A DNA stretch of 64,000 nucleotides. Source: Octopus sinensis (taxonomy: Eukaryota). Where the stretch lies: the NCBI RefSeq assembly GCF_006345805.1, contig NW_021831989.1, positions 496,001-560,000 of the forward strand, read 5' to 3'. Positions 25,440-39,199 of this stretch are shown one piece after another. A program made the position numbers and the translations under genes. The notes under the pieces were generated by a model. It did not search any database. It saw only the letters and a program-made list of their open reading frames with translations, and was not told the origin of the DNA. The first letter of the stretch is position 1; the number at the start of each line of letters is the position of its first letter.

Positions 25440-26400
25440 GACGACGGGAAATTTTAAAAAAATGAGGTACCGGACTGTTTCTACTGAGCGGCATATTTCC
25501 CTGATAGACACTTTAAATATCTGAAATCCACTACAAAACAACAGCGTCTTCTCCAGGACAGACTGTATTTTGGGACGCAGGATTCGTAAGAGTTATTCAA
25601 TTTTTATTTGAGATTGAGACCGTAGGCCAACTTAATGGGGTAACGCCTCGTTTTCTCGAGTTTGTTGATTAGACAAACCCTCTCACCTGTGTCATACCAG
25701 TCCTCAAACCCGTAGATGAGAATTGGTTGTACACATTTCTTGTATATGTAAATGTAGGATTTTAATGCCTCTCTTCCTTTGGGTATCGATATGATTTCCA
25801 TAAGATCCTCTGGCATCTATTGTAACCCCAAGGTATTGGAGGTTCTGTGAAAGTTTTAAGTCCCCAACTCGGAAGACACAAGCAATTTTGCTCCTATGCC
25901 TCGACAGCTGCACACTGTGCTCTTGTCACGGGCCTCGTTAGACCCTTTCACGAGTCCATTCCATTATCCTTGCAAAATATGATTCGACAGATCACGAGAC
26001 ATCGGTCACGAGAATGTCGTCCGCGTATACAATGAGATTACTCGATCGACCCGTAGGTAACGGGATGTCAGGGAGAAAAAGATTGAATAACAGCGGGCTC
26101 AGTATAGAACCCTGAGGGACACATATTTTAAGATTCACACTGTCCGATAGTCGGTTTCCGCACCGTACATAAGATTTCCTTTCGTTGAGATAACTCTTTA
26201 GCCATTTGAATGTTTTTTCACCTGCACCAGTCTCCAAAACTTTTTCCAGGAGTCCAAGGTGCCAGACGCAGTCAAAAGCCTTAGATAAATCCAAGCACAC
26301 AGCGGTCTTGCAAGATTTATTGAGTATTGCCCAAGAAAGTTCCCTTTCTAGTTCTTTCAGGCAGTTTTCTACTTTCACGAAAACCCCATTATAAATAACA
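25440..26400 (-). mobile_element. LINE RT fragment (L2/CR1/jockey-like), decayed
   Basis: CLDLSKAFDCVWH, VPQGSILSPLLFNLF, YADD, QYLGVTID. Confidence 0.85.
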
Positions 26401-26439
26401 ACTAAATTTTTATTTTGAAAATTTATTAATGGAAATTGT

Positions 26440-26820
26440 TAAAAAAATCTAGCTATTAAGTACCGGTTCGCAGGATTGAGAGACAATTCCCGCATAAAAC
26501 AGCCAGCGAGATCCTCTAAATAAGGAATATAAATTCCCTGTGATCTCTGGGGCGATAGGTGCACAGACGGCCAAGTTTCTTAAGATGAGCAAGCGTCTTG
26601 GCCCCAAAACACAGAAGGTCTCGACGGCAATTCCCCAAAAGCAAAATCGATCGCGTAAATTCTCGTATTTCGTTAGTTTCGCGAATTCGGCCTTCTCGGG
26701 CGACGAACCGGGTCGACAAACCGTGGAATTCAAGGCTCCCTTGACGAAAGAGTCGGCACAGGCGACGTCCCAAACGAGCTGCTTCCCGGATTCAAAATCG
26801 AAAAGTGTACAGCCGTCTGA
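26440..26820 (-). mobile_element. CRE-like 3' fragment
   Basis: DGCTLFDFESGKQLVWDVACADSF, IAVETF; a tiny related 3' end lies near 49903-49940. Confidence 0.8.
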
Positions 26821-26938
26821 AAATTGTGTTTCCAAACAACTAAATTAAATAAAAAACAATGCTATCATGATTATACATTTCCACTCCACTGAATGTACAT
26901 TCGGGGAATAAATAAGGAAAAATGATATTAAAAAAGAC

Positions 26939-29679
26939 TCAAAACAAGATTCTAGTTTTTTGTTTGGAATTGTTCATCAACTCTCTTTGCGTGCCATATT
27001 GAAAGTAATGAGGAGCAATGTCATGAAGCCAGGAGGGCTCGACTACAGTAATATCTTTGATATAAAGCAGGCCGTTCGATTGGACGACTTGGTTATAAAT
27101 TATACTAACAGTGTAGAGTAGTAGAATACTAGCTGGAGGGCTCTTCTCGGTAAAGAACAGATGTGGGGTGGACATATAACTTGTTTCCCCCACTGATCGA
27201 CTCGTAGTAACCCCCACTGGTGTGCAGTTTGGCGGCCTGACTGAACAACCCCTCGGTGAGACTCTTCCTCACCACATCATTGTCTGCCTAACAATGACAC
27301 AATACCCGAAATGGAGTCACGAATGGACGATCTCCCAATTCCTATCTTCTTCAACAAAGCAAATAAATGGTCTCTAATCTCCAACGCCCTGTGCAAGCCA
27401 CGGTAGTTCAGAAAGTTGGATTGACACCACCCTCTGCTTTTTGAATTCTACCATGATGGCAACAGCACAACCTTAAGAAAACCCTCAAAGACATTCAAAT
27501 AGGTGATGTGGTCACCCTCCAACACGGCGAACCTTCGCTGGGCCTTGATTGCGGCCTTCTTCTGTTTGTGTGGGTTGTAATACAAATTCTGTATTTGCAT
27601 GAGAGCAGCGATGGTGACTATTTCGTCGACACAACCATACTCGACTAGAATTAGACAAGTGCAATACCCGATTTGATCAGCATCGTGGAATACACTGGCG
27701 GCAAAGGGAACTCAGCAATCCTGAACCCGAAAGGGATGGTCAGATCAGTGTGTTCGTCGATGGCTACAATGAGTGAGTGAAAGTACCTCCCAATGCATAA
27801 ATCAATTGGAGAGCACGGGAGACATTGACGGCGGGGGGAGCCTTGCCTTAATCCACAATTTATACAGAGAGAAAGTCAAAGCGGAGAATATTCCTAATTC
27901 CCATGGCCTTCAATTGCATGAGAGCGCCGGAGAGTTCCACACGCTGCATTTCCGGGACAGAATAATCAGGCAAATCCTCCTTGTACGACTTTTCTACCAG
28001 TCAGGACAGTCAAAATAAACCCGTATACAAACGAAACACTTTGCCCGGCCTGACTCTCCCAGCACGGCCAGCCCTCTGTCGGCAGAAGACTTGGAAATGG
28101 GCGTAGTGATGAGTGCCTCTACGAGTTAGCCCACCAACTCACCTATTGCCGTTTCGGGGTTATACGCACGAATTTTGGTATATCCACAGTCGACGACTAG
28201 AAGATGAGCCACAACAGTCAACCGTAAACAATCCAGTCGATGGTCAAAGATGCCTCCGCAATATTCGTGGCCAACACCACTTTTCGGGTGTTTCGAGGCA
28301 TAGTATCGAACACTCTCATCTATGTGTCCACCAAATCTCCCAACCTGATCTTTCGGAGGGAGTGTACTATAGAGAGGGTAGACACGCATTGCGACTCCAC
28401 GGGAGTTGGTCTGCCGTTCGTCGTCACTGCAATATTCGAACAAACACCAACACTATACGCCTCATTGCCGATTCAATCTCCTCCTAAATCACCCTCAATG
28501 TGGAAATAACAACCATTCCCGTGAGAAAGGCCAAGATATCTCCTCGGCCTTCATGTTCGTGTATTTTGAAAATGGTGTCGACGGTGGCATCCACGTAGTT
28601 GGGCAGAGGACTAGTCGAGTACATCACCACCACTACTTGAGGGAATAGTGCACTTTGACGGGGAAAACTCGTCCTTTTACTGACAGAATAGCACACGAGT
28701 CTTTTCTGAAAATATATTCCACAAACAAACGTCATGTCTCTCGATTCGTTCGTCTCAAAGAAACTTTTGAATTTCTAAAATATTGGAATGTAAGACCTCG
28801 GCCTCGAGAGTGGCAGAAGCAATGATAACTTTAAACCCGTCGTCCCTCTTCTTGAGTATCTGACACAATAAAAGCACGGAATCACCTTTTTGATGAGTCC
28901 CGCAAGTATATCCGTATTCAGACTGCGCTCGTGGACTTCATCAAGCATGACCACACTTAAATACACCTAAATGTGACACCTGTAGCGAGAGAGCAGAGGG
29001 TCGGACATTATTTCTCGTATGACAAGCCCATCGGTGGCAAACTAAAGTCACGGGTGGCAAAGACTTTAATTTTGGTGCGTGTCGAATCGGTAGAGTCGTC
29101 AAATCGAATAGAATATCCTACATCTTCTCCGATGTTGGATTTGGTCTCATCGGCCACCCTTTGAGCCAACTGTGCATAATACAGAGCACTAACTGTGATT
29201 GCGGCTATTCGTCGGGGTTGAGACACCAGAATTTGTTTTCCTGTCTGAGCATAACCAGCCTCGAGGAGATACTGCATAGCCTTATAACAAATAGTGCACT
29301 TGAGGGAGTTGAGTGCTCTTCCCACACCCCGTCTCGCCCTCGATAATCAAGACTGAGTAGTGTTCCATCATGTAGAGGAAGTTAGTCCGCCACTACAACT
29401 CAGGAGATATCAACCACCTGGAAAATAGGCAGACTCTCTCGCTGTTCACGAAAAGTCATATTTGGGACACTTCTGAAATAAATACGGGAGGAGGCGTTTT
29501 CTTCCCCGTTCTCGTCCAATAGATTTCTCTCTTCCATGTATGTTTTGTCGAGATCTGATTGGTTAACCAAGTAGAACTAGCCCGGCTTTATGAATCCCCC
29601 GGGAGCACTTGCAAATTTGCATTCCTCATTTCTCTTTCGTTTATGACTCTAATTCATCAAATTTATAATATACAGGCAT
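26939..29679 (-). CDS. DHX35: DEAH-box RNA helicase DHX35, many mini-introns (one GC-AG), one apparent 1-nt frameshift
   Basis: FIKP..EER N-terminus, [56 protein letters not shown], (Q)[39 protein letters not shown]. Confidence 0.9.
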
Positions 29680-29799
29680 GATAATAACACAAGAAACTAC
29701 AAATTATATTTAAACTATTTTTTAATTTAGTTTTAAAAAATATTATAGAAAGAAATGCGGATCGAGTCTCTATACTCAAACGGAAAATTTTGTTGCAAA

Positions 29800-30900
29800 A
29801 AAAGAAATTTGGTCTTTTGGAAGAAATCACGTATCATTTGATTGATCAAACCAAACAAACCGACTGCCAGTCAAAATTCCTACCGCCCAATCTCTTTTTT
29901 GTGCACGTTAGTTAAAATCCTTTCACAAATATCCAAACAATTACCAACTTCCCACACCCAACATGGTTTCAAATTACTGATCTCAACAACTACTTACTTA
30001 AAAACGTGTTGGCAATTCGTCCTGGACGGCTTTAATGAGAAGAGACCTTTACAACAAACATTACTAGCTTTCATCGACATCTCGATGACTTCTGATGTGG
30101 TCTCACCGACAATATTTTCATGACTGAAACTTTTTACCGGGTCGCATGAATTACCTCTCCCTTATGGACAATTGTTCTAAACAACGTTATCTTTCAACTA
30201 CCCAAACAACTTGACAATGTGAAGACGACATTATTATTTCCTTCAAATTACAAAAACTACAAAACAGCCTCCTTCAACATTCAGCAACTCCATTAAGAAT
30301 TGGTTCATCGACAATCGGCTCGAGGCTTCGTCTCCAAGTCCTCAGTCATTCTTTCCAGAGAGAAGACAATCAAACACACATCTAAAGTTATCTCTCTTTG
30401 ATTCTGACTTTCTGCTATTCAAACACCCCATTTTTCTTAAACTTACCTTCGACCAAACTATGTCCTTCAACAAACATGTTTAGAACATTTCGGACAAAGC
30501 AAACAGGCGTACAAAGATTCTAAAAACAATAAGTACTAACATTACTGGTTCCCAGAAACCACTCCTCAAATAAGTCTTCAAACAATACATCCGCCCTTTT
30601 CTAAGTTTCGCGAGTAAGAGCTGGACTTCTTTCTTATCTACAAGTTTCACTGTGGGACTTCAATCAATACAGAACAAGGCTATGCGCATTATATTCAAGC
30701 GTCTGAAATTAACACTCATCGACTACCTGCACTGTGAAACTTATCTTCTTCCAATAAAAAATCATCTAAATATGAAAGGAGCACACTTCCTATTTGTTTT
30801 GCGTAAATTATACCACCATTACACCGCTCTAAATGGGCTGAACGCCTGAAAAGCAATACTTCTGGGTTTTTGCTAAAATCGATGGCCTGAAACAATATTC
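29800..30900 (+). mobile_element. Jockey/I-like LINE remnant
   Basis: IKPNKP..NSYRPIS, QHGF, LQSIQNKAMR, LHCET; heavily decayed. Confidence 0.7.
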
Positions 30901-31038
30901 ACATTCAATCAAAAGAACAAAAAAGAACGGAAAATAATTGAGAGCCAACGAGTAAGATCAACTGGTGATAGTCTGTTGACACATATAGAGCTGTACCTAA
31001 TTTTCAAAGTGTCATAACTATCTTTGGAAATGATCCTA

Positions 31039-32172
31039 CACTAAGTGCAAAAAAAAACCGTTTTTTTAAATACGGCATATTTTGCAAAGATAACCGTGAT
31101 TTTTCTTTGTCGATATCGAAAGAGATCATTAAATTAACCCTAAATCAATTTTGTTATATTTTTTTTGTATTGTGTTATATGTCTAAATTAAAAATTTTAA
31201 TTACACGAGCGCAATAAAAAACCGTTTATTCTGGTGAGTGTGACATTTTTTACTTTTTTTAGAATTTTAACCCTCGATAAAATTACGAATTCTTGATGTA
31301 ATAACAAAAGGAAAGATTCTAAGCTTGAATGCGTTAAATTGGACCACTAAAAAAATATCTGACGAGCTTAATATCCCGCGATCAACTATCGCTGACTTCA
31401 TCCGAAAATTCATTAAATATGGTACGACTGAAAGAATGAAAGGTTCGGGGAGACCAAATATTGTTATCGGAAAAACAATACAGGCCTTCAAAAAAGCAAC
31501 CTTTCGCCTACTGTAAAATTTGGTGGGGGGAAAGTTGTGAAAGTTCCTATTACGGAATGGGCTCGCTTGCTTTTATACACGGGAATATGAATTCCGCACT
31601 TTATATCAACACACTATGTAACCATTTATGGGAATCTGCAAAAAAATGGAGCTTAGTGAATTTATGTTCCAACAAGACATGGCACCATGTCATACTTCCA
31701 AGATGACTATGCGATTTTTTCAAGAAAAGAAAGTAAACCTTTTACCATGGGCACCTCAATCACCGGATTTAAATCCGATCGAACATATATGTGCTCATAT
31801 GAAGAGGGAATTAAACACCTTTCATCCAAAGAATGTTTTGGAATTGAAAAAAAAATCGAAAATATTTGGAACGAAATACCGATTAGTTTTATAAAAAAAT
31901 TAATCGAAAGCATGCCGAATAGAGCACAAAAGCTTTTTAAGGCAAAAGGGGACCATATTGAATACTAACTTTAAATAATCAAAAATAAAACGGTTTTTTA
32001 TTGCGCTCGTGTAATTAAAATTTTTAATTTAGACATATAACACAATACAAAAAAATATAACAAAATTGATTTAGGGTTAATTTAATGATCCCTTTCGATA
32101 TCGACAAAGAAAAATCACGGTTATCTTTGCAAAATATGCCGTATTTTAAAACGGTTTTTTTTGCACCTAGTG
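31039..32172 (+). mobile_element. Tc1 (DD34E) transposon, internally deleted, about 190-bp TIRs
   Basis: TA TSD; TIRs CACTAAGTGCAAAAAAAAACCG.. / ..CGGTTTTTTTTGCACCTAGTG; GSGRP; FQQDMAPCH..WAPQSPDLNPIE with 34 residues between D and E. Confidence 0.92.
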
Positions 32173-33069
32173 TATAAGTGTCACAATGTGTCGCGGAAAA
32201 CTGATCTAAATAGTCACAAATTCTCTACACAAAAATGTTGCATTGCGTTTGCCGAACACGAGTTGCACTTTTCGGAAAGACTCGTTATCTCCTTTATATT
32301 TGGAATCCACAATTAATATTTGAGGAGGTTAGGCAAGTGACGTGATAAAGGTTGGATATGCTGATTTTAATGACGCACTTATTGGGCCTCGACACTTTTA
32401 AACTCACATTATTAAAAACATTAGACCAGGTAAAAAAACCTGAGATGTCAAGAGAAAAAAGGATTATATGACGACGTTCCTCAATTGAGGAATTCTCTTT
32501 CGACAGAGAGCAAATAATGCTCGACAATCTTTAACCACTAAGTCATAAGGGAAAAGTATTCTAAGACAGGACCAAAATCCGGATGTATATGTGTTAATAC
32601 AACCAGAATATGTTAGTAGCTAATTTATTCAGATTTAGGTAATAGAGATTGCATTTTCTCAAGTTCGTGATGAAAGGCATAAAATTCGTGTAGGGCAAAA
32701 TCTAAAGAATTAATGCATTGATGCCACCAATGTAGTGCTTCCTGTTGTCACCATCAGTGTCGACATTTAAGACCAACTACACGTTTGGTTTAATTATACG
32801 GATACTTGAACACGGAGTTGAGGGGCTGAATCCGAACACAGATTGCTACTCGTGGTTACTATAATTCCTATGATTGATCATACAATTCAATTTCCATTGA
32901 CAGTCAGTCAGTTTGCTAGGACAACTCATTCACAATAAAGACAATGTTTTAAAACTATAAAATTATTATTCTTTAAATAGTATTTATATAAGTTATAATG
33001 TCAGGGTGAACAAGTCTCCCCACTGATAATTTATCACCCAAATTTAACATTTTTCTGAAAAGTATTCTA

Positions 33070-33343
33070 TGGACGTTGGAATACGAACGTCGTGGGTTCG
33101 AATCCGAAGGAGGCAACTTTTCAGCTGGGGTCAAGTCTTGTCAACGTTCCCCACCCGAGAGGCGATGAGTCCTTCTGGTCCGACACAGTTGTAGAAAGGG
33201 GATCCCCTACCTTTCCCTGATCACATTCCCAATGAGAAATTTTCACTATGAAAAACCCTTCTACAAACAAATGAAGTGCGGTCAGCGACTATAGAAGGCT
33301 GACAAATATTAGCTGAGCGTACCAGATTTCCCCACCTTTCTTT
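33070..33343 (+). mobile_element. Putative tRNA-derived SINE with fold-back body
   Basis: Pol III B-box GGGTTCGAATCC near 33094-33105, GC-richer than its flanks, nested complementary segments, T-rich end. No complete cloverleaf. Confidence 0.55.
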
Positions 33344-33870
33344 GGATGCGGAAGTCTGTAATTAAGATTTGGAGTTAAATGTTGATTGGCACAAACAATT
33401 CCTTCCTAAATGTTGACCGGCTTCTTCATTCGATTAGTTAGTTGTGATTGTTGTTTGTGCTGGGCTTGCAACTATGATGTGCAGTTTGGGTTAATAAATA
33501 TTTTTCTCGAATGAACTGAAAAAAACTAAGACAGTCGATCAGTAAGAAAGACTCAGATTTGCCTTTGTAGGGAACAGAATGCCTTTGTTTTCTACATTGT
33601 AATTTGCACTACTTGGCGGAGGACATTTAACTAAAATTTGAAGGATTGGAAATTTTAATTTTGCATTGGTGAACAAAGAGAACAAGACAATTTAGCAGGC
33701 ATTTATTTGCTATGTTTTCTGGTATTCTATTGATCAGCCAAGTGAGTTTGAATTGAAGCTTTAATCACCTTCCGGATGCGAAAATATTAAACCGATAAAC
33801 TAATAGAATAATAATAAAATAAAAAAGAAATCAAATTCCTTTAATACAACTAGGCCGTAACGATTAATTA

Positions 33871-36800
33871 TTATTTATTGATGAATTTTCTGTTAATTAA
33901 GTGGATGAGCAGATTCACGTTGCACTGAGCCTGGTCTAGCGAGATGTGTCCAATCCCCTCTCTTTGTAATTCCAGAAGATTCTAATTGAGGGAAATTCAA
34001 CTTTCAATAAACCTGGAATGTGAACTTGGAGGTTTTCATCACCACTCCAAGAAAAGAGGCAAATGTTGAAAAAGTCCCAGGGTCATCTGTCTCTTCAATA
34101 GTAATTTGAAGTTTGTTAAAACTAAATCGTTTATTAGACAATACTCTTTGTCCTTAATTCCAGTAACAGATAAAAGAATTCCATTTTCGTGCATCTTTTT
34201 CCCGGAATATCGGATTTTTATCGGTTTGCGAGCTTTATTTTTTGACCTGAAATTAGTAATAATAATTACTTTGTGTTCATTGTCTGACTTAGTAACGAAA
34301 TTATATATTTATTATATGACTCTATCTGATCTTGGTGAAAATCATGTTTTTTAAGCAACTCCTGGTGTACTAGTTTAAGGCTTGCGATATCTTTCTTTCT
34401 CTCCAAATCTAATTTTCGCTTTTCCACAATTTCCTTTGAATGTTTTAAGGGTTTTCGATACTTTAGCAATTTGTATTAGGTATGATTGATAGCCGACTTC
34501 TCTTTCGATGTATCCATCCTCGATGAGAGTTTGGGTATTTTGTATGACGAATTGTTTTATTTCTTGAATCGTTAGGCTGAAATATTGTTATTGTAATATG
34601 TCTAAACCGATTCTTGTTTTCCTCAGGTAAAATTTTTTCAAAAACAGCCAGTTTTTTTTCAAATTGGTCGTAGAACAGTTGGTTCAATTTTTCCTTTAAA
34701 TAAAACGTAGACACTAAACTTCTGCTTCAGTGTTAGGTGTGGAGAAAAGTTCATCAAAGTCTTTACTCCTTTGACATTGGAGCAGCTGGCAAATCATTAA
34801 AGTACACCTGAATTTATTCACTCGAGAAATACTTTAAAAATAAGGCCTTTTTCGTCGACCCGCTTTCCATTACTGAAGAATTTCCAATACAGTTATTCAT
34901 CGTTATTATGAATTCTACCTGTTTTAGTTTTTCATTTGTATCAGTTTCATCATCTAAAATCAGCATTAGAAAAAAAAATTAACGGTCAATGCCAATTAGT
35001 TTTTCCGGAGTCAGCTCTCCTATTTCGTCTAATTTAGCCAAAAAAAATTCATTTTTAAATAAATGTTTGGATCTCAGTATTAACTATTAAGTAACGCAAT
35101 ATAAAAATAACATCGTGTATTTGTAACAAATGGTATGCAGATATATAAATCTGAGGTGGTGCGAGCAATTTCTCGTCCATGAATTCATCAAATTTAAAAT
35201 GCGTGTTCAAGTTTTCTACGTTGCAAACTTTTTCAATAAAGTCTCTAAAAATGAATAATATACACAAGTTCTTTAACATGGTGAGCAATAAATATAACTA
35301 ATACCTAAACGGATGTCGCCACTTGTCAAAAAAATCCTTGATTTGCGGAAATGAACAAATTGAACAAACATCTTCAGGTTTTCCATCTGTAGCCAATATT
35401 TGAATCAACCGAGCCACTTCCGCCAAATTGAAACGTTGGTCGTTGCTGATTATGGAATCAATTGAACCAATAAAAGCTCCAAATGATTCGGGCACAACAA
35501 TTGCCACGTTCAAGTAACGAAAGTAAACTAAATTGGAAATCGTCGCAAAAATAGATGCTTCGTCAAAACTTGTATGCTCCAGCAAACATTTTTTTAATAT
35601 AGAGCACATGTACCGAACTCCATAACTATTTTTATAGTGATTTCATTACGGGATTTTGTCGTATCCTTTTACAATTCCTTGCAATACGTCATCTGTCAGT
35701 CTTATTAGTTTGGAGAATGACGATTCCAGCATGCTACGTACATTCTCGTGTACACATGCTTCTTCTGCTGTCACATTGTAAGGAAGATTACTATTCTCAC
35801 AAAATATAGAACTATACCTGGAGACTCCTTCGTCGGCTTCTTTTTTGAAGATCCACTGTTTGTATATCACAATCGGGTCAGTTTTAATCTTCAAAATTTG
35901 ATTATCAAGGACTGGCGATAAGAGTGGAGCAATGTGTTCGCTGATGTCATATTCTTTGCTTTTGAGGTTTCTGAATGGGAAATTATCGGCAATATTCCTC
36001 ACCTACAAATATACACAATTAATTCCATGATGAAATTATCTGCAGATAAAAGTTCAAAAATTGAATCAGTTTTCAAATTTCTAAGAAAACATTGACAAAT
36101 TTTCAGAATACCTCACTTCATCTTCTAAAATGTTAGTAAATGCTTTAAGAATAAGGTATTCCTCCCGTTTATGAGTGGCGTGATTAAAGCAGTTCAAAAT
36201 ATTATTCCTTAATTTGTTGGAGTTTGGGGTATTTTTAAAGTTTTGAATCAATAACGATAGACACTCGGGATTAGTCTTAAATACTTTAGTCAAATAAAAA
36301 CTTGAAGTGTGTAAAATATGTCAGAATATTTATCGAGAAGATCTCTTGTTTCTTTCTTAATAACATGATTATCTGAGACGCCTTGATCTTTTATTTTTTT
36401 TAGTTTATGTAGTTTTTCATTTTTTTGATTTTCACTCTATAATAGGCTAATAAAAACTAACCAGCACTGAGATTTGATTGCGAATTAAGAGGCCCGCTTC
36501 TTGTCCGATTTCTTCAACTTTCTTTTGCAATTTCTGATTCAATTTGATTAATCTAAACGTTTCCATTCTCAAAATTTGAAGTTCTTGAAAAATTAATAAT
36601 AAACATTTTCCAACCCATTTCTTCCTTAAATTCACTTTCCTTGGTATTTAGTAAATGCATAAAATCTTGAAGAGCGGCAATAGATTGGAAATCCCCCGAC
36701 ACTACAAATTTTACCAATTAAAAAGTGAGAATTGATAAAATAATATTTATACATAAGGAGCGGTAGTTTTTTTGTGTACAACTTCCACGAACTATGGCTT

Positions 36801-39041
36801 GAATTTTAACTATTTGAGGCATCTTGAACATTATAAGGACAAATTAAAACATGATCATAATAATACTTCATGAATTTTTTATGTGGATAGTAAACCAAAA
36901 AACTCCGAATAGCACTCTGTAACTATATCGTATTTAGTATAAATCAGGATTTACCGTGACAGTTTGTTCAATTGGAATACTTAAAGACTGTTTATAACTT
37001 TCATAAGTTGATTTTACATTCCTCATGCGAATTAATTTCTATCAATTGTTTATTGCAATTAAACTTGAATAATCAATGCATGTTTTAAAACTGATGCCAA
37101 ATATACTTTTTCTTTCTGTAAAATAACTCGCTGAAAACATTGACGAATAACACTTTGTAGCAAGGTAATATATTGTAAATTATCGTGATAAAACAATTCA
37201 CGAGCTTGCTCATTATTCTTGTTATTTATAATTGTCTTAATGTAAATTTTTTATTGCAAACTTGAATGTCTAAACTTGATAGGAATGAAGTATTTTCAGT
37301 ATAATCTTCCGTTTGAAAATGAAACCATTTTTTATTGTTTAAATTATAGTATATTTTAAAGTTTCGTTCTTTTACAGATTCAACAGTGATCCAATCTCCA
37401 GAAGAATCACGTGGCTCTAAAAGATGATTTTCGAAATTTTACTAAGTAATTTTGCTTTTACAAGGTCTGCATAGTAGTCGGTTTCAGAATTTACGTTTTT
37501 AAAATTGCTTTTTAAAATATCTGAAGAGTCAAATTTATCTTGCATTTCCAAAGTCTCGTTTATTTCAATAACAGCATTAGACACTAAATATGTGATAAAT
37601 TGATACATTCAATCAATTCCGTGGCAGTTGAATTAGCTTTTGCGATAGCAGATTGGACATGAGTCATATTCATGATAACTCCATCATTTGCCTATAAACA
37701 CAATTAAGAATAATATTTACGTTGAAAACTGATTCTAAAGAGTTCATATAGAGTGAGATGTGATCAATGTTAACATTTTTAAATTTGGGTATTGGAGATT
37801 TTAAGATTTTTAACAGTCTTTCATTGTCACTATCTCTGACTGAATTGTTAATTTCTTCCATAATAGTAGAAACTAAATAAAGTAATATTTTAATTTTTGA
37901 ACGATTCAAGAAATCTATTTTTTCTTGTATTTCTTCCTTATTCAAGTATTGTGTATAAATGTCTTGATCTATATCGGTATTTTTATTCTGACAAAAATAT
38001 TAACCAGAAAAATTTTACATTTGATCTTTTCAATTCCAAATATAATGCCAAGTTATCTTTGTAGGTTAGAATGTTTGCCGCCACCACGGAATTCAAACAA
38101 CTTATAGGATTTTGTAAAAGTTCAAGCAAATGGTCTGGTTCAGAGTTGTTCAGTAAGGATTCGTTGATAGCGATAATGGCAGCGTGCACTAAAAGGAATA
38201 ACGTCAAACATATAACTGGCAGCATCATCTTCGCTAATCTATATTAAATTGAGTTCAATCAAAACCTCGTCGGCCAGGATTCCTGCAATTTTTGAAAAGT
38301 TGGGTAGTTCTATTTTATAAAATTCCAATTGTTTTTGTATTGCATTCAAATGTTCGTCTAAGAAAATTTGATTGATACAGCCAACGTGAAAATTCTGCAA
38401 TTCCATATATGCTAACGATCGGCTTGGATCTCCCCTTGCGGTGAAGGAAAATGCTGATGAGTAGTTATTCGTGTCCAACCTTAATGCGTGTATGCAGAAA
38501 ATCAGCTTAGGTATATTTTTCTTGTCATAAATGTCAGTTGTTTCTGGGTGAAATACCTAAAAAATGAACGAATTAAATCAGTTAATTAATTCATGAAATA
38601 ATTGAATATTTTATGAATAATAAATATGTAAAATGAATTAATTGTCAAGGATTGCACAAACCTCGGGAAGTTCAATCTTTTTAAGGAACTTGAAAAAATA
38701 ATTGATATTGTCTGTATGTCGAAAATGTAATCCGAGAGATTCCTAATGTTAATTTAATCCACTTTAACGCGGTAATGTTTCCTAGAGATGTCGAATATCT
38801 TATTGCGTGGAATCACTTTGGGTTCAAAATGGCATCCAAGCATTGATAAAATTACCCCATCTCGAAGAGCTTCTTCGAAGTCGATCACATCTGGCATATC
38901 TTCGTCGATGATATCATCAATCCATCTACGAAAGTTATACACAACCAATATATACATTCGAGCTTCTTCCAGATAACAAAGATATTTGTAAGCATTTTGT
39001 AGTTTTCGCTTTTCATCAATATCTTCAAATTCGCAATCCAT
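33871..39041 (-). CDS. IQGAP: IQGAP (CH domain, IQ region, RasGAP, RasGAP_C), many mini-introns
   Basis: AYKYLCYLEEA, FEEALRDGVIL, GLHFRHTDNI, PETTDIYDKKNIPKLIFCIHAL, KIQAIVRG, REEYLILK, NLVYFRYLNVAIVVPE, QRFNLAEVAR, NVNLLIHLINRKF. Confidence 0.92.
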
Positions 39042-39199
39042 ACGAGTTATGTATATTAAATAATCTATTCATTCTTTTGGGTAAATCATATTCAAATAAA
39101 AACTTATTAATCATTTTAAATTAATATAAATATTAATTTTACATCACCTAATGTTTCAACATTACAAAAAGTAATAATTTATAATTCTCGACAGCTAGA

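Noticed and set aside
33070-33120. tRNA gene
   Set aside because: Only the T-arm/B-box is present; there is no acceptor stem or D-arm.
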